Below, in pieces: positions 11,779 through 24,709 of a stretch of DNA of 33,000 nt. The number at the start of each line of letters is the position of its first letter. The first letter of the stretch is position 1. The DNA is from Fimbriosthenelais zetlandica (Eukaryota), in the NCBI GenBank assembly GCA_977030845.1, contig OZ365112.1, forward strand, positions 21,607,001-21,640,000. Direction: 5' to 3'. The notes under the pieces are model-generated. The model did no database searches, was not told the DNA's origin, and saw only the letters and a list, made by a program, of their open reading frames with translations. Made by a program: the position numbers and the translations under genes.

Positions 11779-12921
11779 TTATGACCTCAGCTTTGTCATG
11801 GAATACTCTCGCCTTGTGGACGTAAAAGGTTCAATCTGTGTTCCTACGTTCCCTTGGCAAAACAGAATAACAAAAAGCAGTCTCCTGAATCTCACACTGA
11901 AGAGGCAATATATGATGAAGTTGGCACATGAATTAATTGTCACTAAAAGTTTGCTGATATTGTCCAGATAAAAGACAAAGTCCCCACAATGATAACGTGT
12001 CGTGTAACGCACAAAATGAAATACAGCCAATGGCGTTTGACATGCAATAGCAACCACCACAACAAGAACTAGAATTAGTGTAATATCCTGGCCACTTCCA
12101 CTTCGGTTGCTTTTCTTTTCCATTTTCTTCTTGTGAGAGTGAATGGTCTTTGTGATGCAGGCTGTCATGATCATGAGAGAAGCAAGGGGGAACATAATCA
12201 GAAGTACGTTGACAAGATAGGTCTTGTATACCACTTTATAATAAAAGCGCTGTCCGAAATATGTTCGATTTTCCTTTAGAATACTAGTCGTTGAATTGGG
12301 ACTGAATATTTCTATTACCTCATACTCGAAGAACCTTGGAAGATTAAATGTGATAACAAACACGAGGACAAAGATGATATATTTGATAGTTCTCTGAATG
12401 GACCACATCCGGGACATTTGGTGGGGCCTACACACTGCCCAGTAGCGGTTACAAGCAATGAGAACGACGAACCAAATGGAGCACATATGCGATATGGGGG
12501 TCATGATCCAGAGATAGCGTACATAGGGCCAAGTGTCCCAAAGATTGGGACACTGTCGTGTATAACCGCAAGCATATGGCAAAGCATCAGTGACAAATAC
12601 AGCCAGAAGAAGAACAAAGTCACTTGATGCCAAACTTTGCAGAAGAGTGGTCGCAGGGGTGCGTCTGTCCCGTTGAAATGCAGTGAATGAGAGAGAGTTG
12701 CCTATACAGCCAAAGATGCATAGCACAGCACCCACAACACCCCAGAGAATGAAATAAAAGACATTGCAGTTCTCATACTCGGGTTTATGAACTGGACCAA
12801 CTGTGTTGTTGTCCAGTCCTCCAGGCTCTGGCGATGAGGTGGCCTGGAGGGAATCATTCCCAAAAGCTCCTCCCCCCAACATGGCCGCTGTCGTGGCCAT
12901 TATGTCCTCTGGCAGCACCAT
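11779..12921 (-). CDS. Class A (rhodopsin-like) GPCR, FMRFamide/invertebrate neuropeptide receptor-like, 380 aa, CDS uninterrupted by introns
   Basis: Seven hydrophobic segments. TM1 GCIGN, TM2 LASSD, TM3 CNRYWAVCRP (DRY variant), TM4/ECL2 FNLPRFFEY, TM6 CQTP, TM7 NSCANFIIYCLFSVRFR. N-terminal N-glycosylation sequons NDS and NNT. In-frame TAA immediately precedes the ATG at 12921. Confidence 0.95.
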   Translation of the reverse strand: MVLPEDIMATTAAMLGGGAFGNDSLQATSSPEPGGLDNNTVGPVHKPEYENCNVFYFILWGVVGAVLCIFGCIGNSLSFTAFQRDRRTPATTLLQSLASSDFVLLLAVFVTDALPYACGYTRQCPNLWDTWPYVRYLWIMTPISHMCSIWFVVLIACNRYWAVCRPHQMSRMWSIQRTIKYIIFVLVFVITFNLPRFFEYEVIEIFSPNSTTSILKENRTYFGQRFYYKVVYKTYLVNVLLIMFPLASLMIMTACITKTIHSHKKKMEKKSNRSGSGQDITLILVLVVVVAIACQTPLAVFHFVRYTTRYHCGDFVFYLDNISKLLVTINSCANFIIYCLFSVRFRRLLFVILFCQGNVGTQIEPFTSTRREYSMTKLRS

Positions 12922-13720
12922 TTAATACACCTTGATTTCACAAGATATCCAGTTAGAAATGTCCTGACAACCTTGTTCTTGTTCGGCCCCTCTTTCCAAA
13001 TGCATACAATGGCAATGTGTGGCAGTAAGTGGAGTAAATTCTCTGGTTTGCTTTTAGTCTGATCACCTGTGTTGTTATAACCTGTTATGTCTGCTGGTCT
13101 TCCACACTTGGAAGTGTGATTAGGGACAGGGCACTCTTGCCGCTAATGCGAGTACTTTCCTGAGCTCTGCCAGCACTGCCAATGAGATATATCAGTCCAT
13201 ATGGCGGCCTGACTTGGGATAACTAAACCGTTCCTTCAGAACCTTTGGATAGATCAATTATGAAATGTCAATTCGATGGATCGTCCAAATTGATCTTAAG
13301 GGAAGAGATCACCATCTATTTGTTAGTGCAGCTTGAGGCAATGACTCTGTCCGATTTGGTTGGCAGCTGAACGTCTGTCATAGAGAGGTGGAGGGGAAGC
13401 TTAAGGCAGTTAAGCGCGAGTGGATGGAAGAAGTAAGGTATATATGTGGGCATGTAATAAGCAGTGGGCCTTCCAATGCTGTTGACGGACTGATGGTTGA
13501 AAGTGATGAAGAGATGCGGAGCTGTCCACCGTGTCCCAAGTACAGTGGCTAGGATCACTCAACTTCTGCCTTTAACAGAACCTTCAAGCAAAGGAAGAGT
13601 CTTATGGAGGTTGTGCGAGACCTACCTCCTCACTCCAAATAAGATCCATATGGGCAGCTCTTATGAGTAAAGAAGTTGTACTAGCAAAGCTGAATGCTTC
13701 TGGCTTCGGTTAGCTTACTT

Positions 13721-13762
13721 ATCCATTCACTGCCAACGCCATCCGTTCACTGCCAGCGCCAT
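13721..13762. repeat. 20-bp tandem duplication
   Basis: atccattcactgccaacgcc followed by atccgttcactgccagcgcc (2 mismatches). Confidence 0.85.
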
Positions 13763-13901
13763 ATTGATAACCTTCAGTTTTCTGCTGTCTGATCACTCCC
13801 GATCGAGCTGATTATAATTTGAGGGATATGTTCACAAAGAGACAGCTTTTGAACATTTCATCCACTATGTTTGCGTCGTCAGTATCACCTCCTAAGGGTC
13901 T

Positions 13902-13920
13902 CTGAAAGGGAAAGGAAAAT
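13902..13920 (-). promoter_or_regulatory. Candidate 3' splice acceptor for the exon carrying the GPCR CDS
   Basis: Minus strand reads attttcctttccctttcAG|agaccc. It is the best polypyrimidine+CAG site I saw upstream of the ATG at 12921. Confidence 0.4.
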
Positions 13921-14348
13921 ATATCAAAGCAAGAAAATGAATTTGACATATGTCTCAGTTTGATGTATCGTTTTCAGGACAGGATGGGATTTGAAGTGGC
14001 ATGCAATTATTCGCTCTTACAGGAAAAAGTCTAGACAGGAATTCTTGTTATGGATTGATCCATATATCAATGTCTCTTCTGCTTTGAATCAGTAAGTCAC
14101 AGGTACAAATAAATGAAATCGACTGAACACATTGAAGGCATTTTAGCAATTTTCCCAATGACTATAGATGATACATAATTATATCGTATTCAGTACAGCA
14201 ATCGATCCCATGTTTTATATCTGTCAGGCAGAACGGCTAATATAACAAAGCTCATTCAGTAATGACATCTAATCATTCAAATACATGTATTACAGGAATC
14301 AATAATAATCCCCCAACATAATCACTGAAATACAAAACAGTATCTTGT

Positions 14349-14381
14349 GTACAGGTACAGGTACAGGTACAGGTACAGGTA
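14349..14381. repeat. (GTACAG)5.5 hexanucleotide microsatellite
   Basis: Five perfect gtacag units plus gta. Confidence 0.95.
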
Positions 14382-17300
14382 TAGCCACCTGATTCTTGTC
14401 CCAATGATCCCCAACTGGAACGATGAATAGCTTTACTATGTAGAATAGAATTATGATGCTTTGGTGGCATGATTCTAATTGACAACAGTATATAATAGCG
14501 AACAATTGACGGAGACCCCTCTCTCTCCATCCATCTACCCATGAGGCTGCAGCCCAATTCAGGTCCTTGTGTCACGAACAATGCTAATTCTCCACTAATC
14601 CGCCAGCTTGTTCTTGCGTAACCAGTCGGTCGCTATCCCCTCGTGATTTATCATTCATCTCGGCAATGGCTTACAAAAGGCCCTGATTATGAAGGGTAAG
14701 AATAGCATTAAAGCTTTATCACGATCAGCCAGGTAATGTGCTCCTGCCTATGTCAAGGACCCTTGTTGTGATGAATTGTGCTTTAACCGCACTAAGTCTT
14801 CTCAGGATCCAGTCATTTATTTAAGCATACTGACCATAACTGTTCATGGCTGACTGGAACCCTGATAAAATACTATAATATGATTCTTTCTCCCTGGATA
14901 TAATCACCAATTACTTAAAATGCATTATATAAATGAGTGCTGGCATTAATGAAATCTGGGATATTGAATCGTTAACCTATAATTTACATGTGATTTTTCA
15001 AGAATTTATCCTCCAACCTTGTATACCCAGCCACCGCCAAAAGTACTATCATGAACGCAAATAGAGAGAAGCGGTTGATGATGGAAAAGGCCTGTAAATT
15101 TTGAGTGGGGATCAGTGAAATTGGACTACAGGAGTGTACAAGTAGAAAAAAGACTAGCGTGTAAATGAAAAAGAAAGATGATGCCACACGCAGACTAAGT
15201 AATGCTGAGATAATGCCTACCTGGAACCTTGGATAGATATAAGTATGATAGATGAAGATAACGTTCTTTATAGGAGCTGGAACCAGGTAGTAACACTTGG
15301 TTCCCTGCTTGAATCCTTGCCTCGGGCTAGCGGCCTCTTGCTGAGTAAGTTTTTGCTGTCATGCAGAGATACACATGTGTATACGAGCATCCAGAAACAC
15401 ATGCAGGCAATAACTCAGGCCCTAGAAAAAGCAGGCAGCGAAACACAACTGTTCCCTCTGGATCTTTGCAGGGCCTCTGCAGGTACTGGCGAGTTGGTGG
15501 GAGGAGGGAACTGTGGTAGTGGAGGTGGTGGCGGAATGGGTGTAGCTCACTGGATGAGGGGTGGAGGCCGGGGGAGGAGTGGGGCGGAGGGAGGGGGTAG
15601 GATGGAGCTATAGGGGGTGTGTCCATCAACTATCCTCCTCTTTGATGTGAGGTTTATGCTTGTATCTCCAATTGGTTATTCCGCTCCAAGGGCAAGCTTT
15701 GCTGAGCGGGTATACATGGCCCGTGCCTCTCTCCAGGAGTTGGGTTAGGAGGAGGTGGGAGAGGAGCACTCGGTGGAAGAAAAGGAAGAAAGATGAGAGA
15801 TGAGGGGTTGGAGATTGGGAAAGCCCAGCAGCTATAGACTAGTGTGGCTACCAACCAGTCGAGTGTCCGTTTTCAATCTTGCCAACAAGCCAAGTGTGAA
15901 TGTTCATTCGTGGACGGTCCAACAAAATCATGTCCTCTGCCCCGCAACTCTTTTTCTCATCACCCTCCTTCTTTCACATCACCCAGGTTCACGATCCCAT
16001 TATAAATGTCATACATATGCACATGAATTGTGACCCTAGTCTATAACTCGGCGTCAGCCAATTGGAAAGGTCCCTTTCACCACTCCAGTAAACCTTTTTG
16101 AACCACCTCCCGTACCCACAAAGGAGAAATCCATACACCTCTTGCTCCCCCGCACTATTTGCCTTTGCCCTCACAGCCCAATAGCAACTGTCCATTCTTC
16201 TTTTTTATCTGAGGGGTCAGCTTGTGGGCAGGATGGTCAACTTTCACCTGGTGTTTGGGGCTGGTGAAGGGAGGGAAGGGTCGAGTATAGGAAATGGGGT
16301 CCCCTGGACGGTATAACAATGGCTGAAGGCACTCAGGACCAGGCGTGTAGTCCTTAACTAGAGCAGCTCAGCCTTCAGCCGATAAAGCCAGGCACTGAAG
16401 GAAATGCTGTGGTGGAGAGGCTGTGGAAGTATCAATCACCAACGTAAGGACCCTCGTCCGATCATCTCATGACAGAACCGGACTTACACAAGATCTGTCT
16501 TTAGCCACTCTACGAGCGACCTCATGTCAAAAGCTAAAAATAGCCAACTGACAAGTCACATCAAACTTATAGCGAGATCCAAACTGTCCTTGGTTCAAAC
16601 TATAGCCCGAAAATCCCATACCTATTCTCTCTACCAATTCAACAAATGTAACGACCAATGAACATTATATTTACCTTTGCTGGGTTTTGAAAGATGTTCA
16701 CCTTGATTACTCTCAGATCGGCAAAGAAAGTTTCATACTTTAAGTCCAAATATGCATATAAGCTCCAGAAAGCGCTCCCGGATTGTAGTCAGTTTATATG
16801 TAGCCAAAACGCGAACTGATCAACTGTTAGTGTGTAGATGTCCACATCAGGAGAGCTGCCATAAAAGACTGAACTCCTCAACAACAAGCACTGAGTTTAT
16901 GAAACACCTCACTTCTTCTGCCTGTGACAAGTGTGGAGGGCTTGTACTTGTATGCCTCAGCACCTCCTCGCCTTCTTGCGGTTGGTTTCCTGTAACAGAT
17001 CAGTCCTCCTCGGCCGCACATGCCACCCTGTGCAGGAGTTGCTCTCCCAGCAGAGGCAGCGGCAGTAGCAGCAAAAGTATAAAGCTCAGTGGTTGGGCAC
17101 GTGGAGAAAGAAATCTATCAGTCTTTCCTTTCTTCTTTGATGAAGTAAAAAAACATCTGGACCTCCTGGTTTAAGGAGGAACTTGTTTTAACCCAAGTTG
17201 TGTTGATATGCCTGTGCATCTTCCATCACTTCTTACCCAGATTGCGGTACCTGCCAATGACTTGGTGTCTACTGGGGAAAGTGGTCTCGGAACAAATGCC

Positions 17301-20300
17301 ATTCTCCTCTCACTTCTATCTATACACTTCAAGCTTTGCGGAATGGCCACTAGAGGACATGGCTGTATGATGTTTGTTCTCCCTTCGTTAAGAGAGCTTT
17401 GATTAATGATGTCTTAATAGAGGTGATCCTTTGCCCAGCATAGCAACTGGATGCCTTTAGATAGCACTGGCGTGAATGAAGCCTATCTATAGTGGGGTGA
17501 AGGGATCACTACACATCACCTTTTACTTTAATATATATAGGAGGGGCACAGGGAGTTCATTCTTATATCCAAACCAAAGTGGGTATACGCTCATATGCTC
17601 ATCCCACTTCACTTACTAAACGTATATCACTTGCTAAACGGATCCCAAAGATATCACGAACCTCCTAGCATCCATCACCGTGGATCAGCTGCATCATATG
17701 AGGCTTCATTGATGATATGCCCACTATCATGCTACAAACAGATCCACATTTGTGAACTACCACACTGAGTTAGCTGTATGACTTGCAAAGATATTATGAA
17801 GACATCCTTGAGGCTGAAGGCCTGTGTAGGTGGATCTGCGTGTACATGTGGATATACACGAATTTTAGTCCCCAAACTGTATTATCCTGAAAACAACTTT
17901 AGAAGTGGTCATGGGAATATCCTTAACAGATAATACTAGACCGCATTATTATAATTATATATGAATTACTCAGGGATTTAGCGGGTAAATATATACTCTT
18001 CCCATCGGGTTAAGCATCACCGGCGTAATATTTTTATCAGGGGTGTAGAAAGGTATATCTCTCTTTTCAGTAGTTCTTATTTCTTATTCCAGATTTCCTC
18101 CCCAAACTAATCTTGATATGACATTGAGAAAGGCCAACAATCTCTGAACCAGACGCAGCAAGAATCCTAGCAGCGCTAGATTAAAAGGCTCCTCTTTTCT
18201 TTCTTATCTGCACTATCTATCATTTCAGGAATAAAAAAGCTCTCCCTCATATTTCAGTCAGTCTGCCGACCTTGGAATAGAGAAACTGAGGGATTTTTAA
18301 TTGGGAACCGAGGTCTAATCACAAATACAAAGACAAGGGGGTAAATTTGATTAAAATGTCCAAATTAAGGTAAAAAAAAAAATGACGTTTTCATGTAAAG
18401 AAATTTGTGGAAATTGCCCAAAAAATATAAAGCTATGGAAATCCTTGAACAAATAATCTACAATGGATCTGTTCTATTTTGGATTATAAAAGGAGGCTAT
18501 TATATATCAATGGCCTGCCTGGCAGTATAAAGCATGAGATTCCTCCCTGAAATGAATTGCTCCGTTGCTCCCTAGGCAGGAAAAAATGGAACTTTTCAGA
18601 TCGATAATTCCTTCGAGTTCACCTGCTCTTAATGCATAACGAGTCTACCTCCGCCCCTGCAGGCCAGCACTCAATCTAGAAGGCAAAATGTGAAACTCAA
18701 GGTCTTTCTCCCATGGGCTTAAGCACACTAAGAGGATTAGCAATTTTGCTGTTCGTTAATTGCCTTAAATCTCTTAGATTAAACTTAAACCTAGTGGCTT
18801 GGTTATATTCACTCAGTGTTGACTGACAAAGATTATCAAGTACCAAAATCAAAACCGCAGGATCTTCAAATCATCAGAATATGGCCAGGGCCTGCAAAAA
18901 GATCGAACAAAGACCATCCAAGGTTTAGAAGCACTAACATGAATAACGAGAGCCGCTACCTGAGTGCTATTTCAGTGACTTTGTTTAATGTCAAATTCGT
19001 CAATGCTCCCTATTTAAAAAAAAACAAGGAACTTCTTTATTTCGTTGACTGTATTCATGTAAAGCAGTACCAGATTCAAGTGACAATAACGGCCCATACT
19101 GTATTGAACCCTGAAGAATGTAATTATATCCACCCTCAGGACATTCTCTGCTGTATGGTCCAGGAGGCAACTTCTGACTAACAGGAAGTAAGGTGATAGA
19201 AGAAAGAACTGGCTTGACCTATATTTAAAAACTTAAAAACCTTCTTTTGTGGTTTGTCAGACTTGCTCAATGTCTTATACTAATGTATAACGTTTCTCTC
19301 TGTATCCGAAAATATGATAATACCATGTACCAGCTTCCAGTGGCAGCAGTTGTAACACGACTCCCGATTAAAAGAGCCACATTGCAAGCCAAATGCCACT
19401 GAGTCTTTCATCGATAATTGGATTTTCTCCTTAGTCCTATATGCTAATTGGAAATTTATGTACGTTAGCCCCGCAATTTAAACATGAAAAGACACTGTCC
19501 CTTGCCAACGACAGCCAAGCGTTCCTAAGCCAGTCAATGCTAATTGGATCGAATATGCCTCCATCTGAGAAACAATATGCAAGGTGTGCTGCTATAGCGA
19601 GAAGATAATGCCTTCCCGTCATCTGCCAGGCCATGCCTTCTGCCCTCTTTTAAGACGAGCCTATTATAGGCCTATACTAAGATTGGCTTTATATCTTTAT
19701 ATTATAGTAACTCAATGTAGGCGCTACACATTACCCATGACATCCTGCAGTGATTAAAGGTTATCACACCATTGTTCATGATCAATGTTCAGTGATAAAT
19801 TCATTCATGAGTTAATTTTCAACGTTAGAGATGTATGGACCAAATATCATTATGTTCTGCTTGAGCAGTCCATTACATTGTTCTGGCGAGAGGAGTGGCA
19901 AGTAATTTAAAATGTGAGTTTTTCACCAGCAGTAAAAAACATATCAGATAATCGTAGGGGGATCGAGGTGTGAGGGGTTAAGCTTGGTGTCTAACAGATA
20001 CTCCCACACATGGTGGGCTGGCATTTGATGGGCGATGTGTAAGCTACTGTGGAACTGGCTACAGCCTGCTGGCAGAGTCCAGCAGGAGACACCCTGGGGG
20101 AAACCAATAAGCTATTAGCACCGGTCAAATTAGGCTGGAAATGTGGCATGCTGATCTCCAATGACAGCCTAGTATTAATTTTGCTCCCTCCTTTTTTGGC
20201 CATGTCGGTACTTCTTCCAAAGTAAAATAATGCAAGAAATCCCTAAGGGAAAGGCAATCAATCATTCAATATGATTCCCCCGCAATATTCCTTCTGGAAA

Positions 20301-22683
20301 TGTACAATAATAATGCCTTTGGTTCCGAAGAGACGGAGTATTCTATAACCTATAGTCCATGATTATTTCTTATGCTCGTATAGTGGCTTTGTTAAAGGAA
20401 GTTCCTTTTAGTTCCTTAGTCATTTTACTATCTATGCTTTTATACCAAGTGCTTTAAGACACATGTAGGTATTTGACATGTGTCTGTGAATATCTTGGTT
20501 CTTGACAGACATCTATTTTATTGTTTTATGCTGTTATATGATTGGTGTCAGTCCATCATTCGTTCTGAAGATATAATATTACTATTGAATATGTTGATAA
20601 GTGTTATCTTATCTTTAATGACAGGCACCATTGCTTTTACTGAAAATGTACCGCAACCGCAACCGTGTAGAGGATGCTTACGTCAATGGGATAGGTGCGT
20701 CACTGGAGGAAATTGAATGATTGATTGAACAAAAGATATTATTCACCAATTGCATGTTGACCAGATAGGCTGCAACATCTCAGGCCCCTATTAATATGAA
20801 TGTCCATTTTGCGTGCTCGTTTGCATCACGTCTTACAATAGGATGACATGTGTTTGAGTGGTAGGAGAAACAGCTTTTTACTCTTAGCGGAATTCATTTT
20901 CTTTTCCTGTGCTTCTTTCTATGTTTGGCATTTTTGCCTGTCATCCAGTCTTTCCGTTGGGAGGGACCCCTCTCTACGGATGATCCTTTGCTCTGGACTG
21001 ATGACCCATTGGGCTTTAACAGACACTGACTGACATTATATTTATGGCACTCAAAACCATTCATGGTCCCATAGTTCATGGCTTCATGGCTTCACCAATG
21101 CGCCCCTCTTCCTCTTCCAAATTACGTCCATTACGATACGAATAAAAGCACGAGAAAACCTTTTAAGTAACAAGACATCGCCGATGACATTTGCGGAATA
21201 TTTTTAACGTTTGAATAAGACAAGACCGAGAGTGGGAAGCCTTCCGTCCTAAAAATGTGAATACATTCCACAAGGTGGAGTTAAAATTCATTTGTGTCTC
21301 ATGGAGTGATGTCAGTTCAGAGAGTGTGAGCACAAACTGATTAACTGTGACACTCCGCAACGGATAACAATCCTTATTCTATACATTTTCCATTCGGTTG
21401 TGAGAGGGAGAGAGATAAATAAATAGGTTTAAAAAGTATTCTCGCCTACCGGCATTTGTTGTATCAGAGGACACACGATGCTCCTTATAACAAATATGTA
21501 TAACAACTGAACTGTGGTGAAAACAAGTGTTGTGTCATATAAATAGAATAACTCGGAAGGACAGGAAACAGGATACAGCTGTGTCAGCGACCACATCATT
21601 ATGTGTGTAGGGGTGTCTGATATGATAACCCATATATGATTGGTTTGAAGTTATTATACGCCTTTATAATCTTCATTCACATCATTGCATTATAATATTA
21701 TATATTATGCATCTACAATGTTAATATAAGGAGACTTATATTGCAGGTAACTGGTATGGCGAATTATGTGAGTGGATATGAATATTATGAACGATTACAT
21801 GTCTTTTGCCATTCCAGGAAGAATGACTTAATTCCTCGAATTAAACATATATATTTAAACCGTGAGGAATGGGCTTTATGCATTACGGGCTCTCAATTCA
21901 TTATACACCTGCAGCCTTGTTTGTAGGAGGTCCTCTACACCATGACCGATCAAGGCTTTGCGTGGTTTGCAAGCAAGAAAAACGAGCAACCTGATTTGAT
22001 TAACTAGAGGTTGACACTCTAGCACATCAGCCCCCTTAAGGGAACAATGAGCGGTCCGCTGGGAAGCTCTGAGCACCTCTCTGTCTTTGACCAGTCGCCC
22101 TGCCCCTTTCTCTCATGCCTTCCACTCATTAGCATCAGATGAATAATTCTATATGCAACCCGTGGACCTTGTAGCAAGTATATATCTGCCCATTTCATTA
22201 CTTTTCCTGACTATGAATATTTTGCAGCATGCATATTTAAACAATGATGGTGTTTATTCCATGATAGGCTTATTTCGTGTTACTAATTCAAGAAGAAAGG
22301 AAGATGCACGGAGATTCGTTTGTGCAAATATATTAAGAGGTGGCTGCCATCAAGTTCTCGTACCGAATATCGATATTCTTTATTATACAGTGTTTTCTCT
22401 GAACCATCGTTTGAGGTTTGAAGGAAACTTTTGGGGCCCTTTAACTGCGATGTTATCAAATGTGATGCCGAAGCTTTCAGCCTAGCACTTTTGTTTTGTT
22501 TCTACGTAATTGCATGTCATGCAAGTTACCACGCAGTACCAGTTGAACTTTCAATTTAGACGGTCGCACTATATTTGGCTGACCGAATTCTATGTTCCAA
22601 TGAATGTATCACACTACCAGAAAAGCAGTGACTTTTTCTATTTACTTCTTTTCTTGGACATAAGGTGTTGGCATTAGAACATG

Positions 22684-22686
<3 letters not shown>

Positions 22687-22754
<68 letters not shown>
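22687..22754. repeat. (CT)34 microsatellite
   Basis: Perfect dinucleotide run of 68 nt. It produces the spurious ERER ORF at 22556-22777. Confidence 0.98.
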
Positions 22755-22760
<6 letters not shown>

Positions 22761-22859
22761 TGTTCCCGTATCAACAATGGAATATTCTAACAAACTAAAA
22801 GGCTTTTGGATTGCTCCTTTCTGAGAGTCTATATAATCTTTATTCTTGTTCTACCTGAT

Positions 22860-23260
22860 CCACGTCACTGCACGCCCACTTCTGGGACGTCACTTCCTGT
22901 CTATACCCAGACTTCTGGTGACTATCATGTCTCTTGTTGACATATAATAGCATACAATCTTTATTGAATACCTCATATGTACGCATCCCGTGTCTATTGC
23001 GTATTGAATGATCACTATGTGGATGCAGGAAGGGTACAGGCAATATACAGACTGAATGGAACTCATCATCATATATCTGGGGATTCATTTCAGTGTGACC
23101 AATCTCTGCTTTGATAGTCGTCCAAAAGGCCGTTTGCAAATAGGAAAAAGTCCCTTCAGATGCATTTATGCAAGATGTCATGAATGCCATGCTTCCCAAT
23201 TATGTGAGCTGTTCCCATAAATATCTTATGGTAAATTGCTATCATTCCTTAAAATATTAT
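22860..23260 (-). mobile_element. Ty3/Gypsy reverse transcriptase fragment, degenerate
   Basis: YHKI (23222-23233, ~YHQI), MAFMT (23176-23190, ~TAFxT), GLFPICKRPFG (23121-23153, ~GLFxxxRxPFG), IYDD (23065-23076, YxDD-like) and FNKDC (22954-22968, ~LNxxKC), in correct order across frames. Confidence 0.55.
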
Positions 23261-24675
23261 CTATACAGGGTCTGTATGCAGGTTTTGGTCAGACGAATGA
23301 AGCATAATTCCAGGAACCCTTAAATACACATTTACGAGTATCCCAGTATGTCCTTCATAAGTTTTACAAGCTAGAGAAGTGGAAGATAATTTACAGCAGA
23401 CAGTGATGGGTATACTGCATCATTGATGTTTTGTCTAACAAGGTTCCCATTATCCTAGACACGACAGGGCTATATGCGATCAATCACATTGATAAATATT
23501 CATAAACAACGTGAGCAAAAGCAGGGAGCAAATTTGGCGACCGTGAAGAAAAAAAATTCAGTGCACTAAAACCTTTAAGAACACAATCTATAGAGAAGTT
23601 AAATGCACACCCTTTTAAGATACCATATCATTCATAATTTGTTCCATTCATATTGAATTCACTTCAAAACTGTAATACCTTACATTTAAGCCTAGCACTT
23701 ACTAGACATTAAGCACTTAAGGTCCCAGCAAGGTTTGATAGAATGTGAGAGCCGAGCTGCTATGACGTTAAAGTTCACATAGAAATATTATCAGAATCTT
23801 CTATAAATGAGTTCATATCACTACCGAGTATTGTGCCGGCTGATTAAGGGAACATCTGAATGGCACGATAGAAATAACAAATATTAGGAGTAAATATTCT
23901 GATTTCGGTTATATACTATATTAGGTTCTGGACTATGTCCTCTTGGAGAATGAAAATCTTCCATAACAGAATCTCTCTATAGAGGTTTGCAAATGGAAAT
24001 ATGGACATTTCATAACGAGAACTCCCTACCTGTGCTCAATGGCGTGCAACCTCATAAAACAGTGTTGGAGATCCATCAAAGGCCGAATCAATAATGCAAT
24101 GTGCCACTGACGAAAGTTTAACTCGTACTAATAATTTCCTGGTGAAAATATTAATATTGCAAGTGTTAGTCTCTAAATAATAAGTAGTTCACTTTAATGT
24201 TGAATTGAATATGTGACCAAGCATGGAGACAAACATAAAATCAACATATGTATGTCAATTCACCAACAAAGTTATTGCTGCACAGGGAATGAAATGCAGA
24301 GCTATATGAATATTCTATATTACCTTCTATACTATTCAACAGTTCCACTGAATAAACACTTTCGAGTTATTAACAAAGAGAACATCGTTTGTAAGCAGTC
24401 TTAAAACTGGCTTAACTCAATCTGAATTCCTTTGGGATTTCCTTCCTCTCTAACTCTTCGTTTTATCTGTTTATTATGCATGATATATTTTTGTTATACC
24501 CACCTCGTTCATTAATGTACTGATTTTTTTACGTGCTTAGTTATTTATCTGAGAAATTATAATTGCATCAAGTGTATATGGATGTTGTCAAAATTGTACT
24601 GTAAACCTGGGGCATTATTTATACTGCCATGAGTTGCATATGGTTTATGATAGGTTTTATGATTAATTCAAATCC

Positions 24676-24709
24676 ATACTTTACATTATGAAATACTTTA
24701 CATTATGAA
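24676..24709. repeat. 17-bp perfect tandem duplication
   Basis: atactttacattatgaa x2. Confidence 0.9.

Noticed and set aside
11510-11971. 153-aa plus-strand ORF (and 12418-12627 +)
   Set aside because: Antisense shadow of the GPCR CDS and its 3' region; no recognisable motifs.
15245-15613. 122-aa plus ORF with Gly-rich tail
   Set aside because: The Gly run comes from a purine/G-rich low-complexity tract; no domain recognised.
18816-19181. 121-aa plus ORF
   Set aside because: No motif, splice context or family similarity that I can support.
20625-20694. Possible 70-nt plus-strand exon (acag|...|gtgcgt)
   Set aside because: Plausible splice dinucleotides but no partner exons or recognisable peptide.
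22556-22777. ORF with ERERER repeat
   Set aside because: Artefact of the (CT)34 microsatellite.
23130-23180. TSCINASEGTFSYL resembling a hAT dimerisation motif
   Set aside because: The same bases fit the ordered Gypsy RT motif series better.
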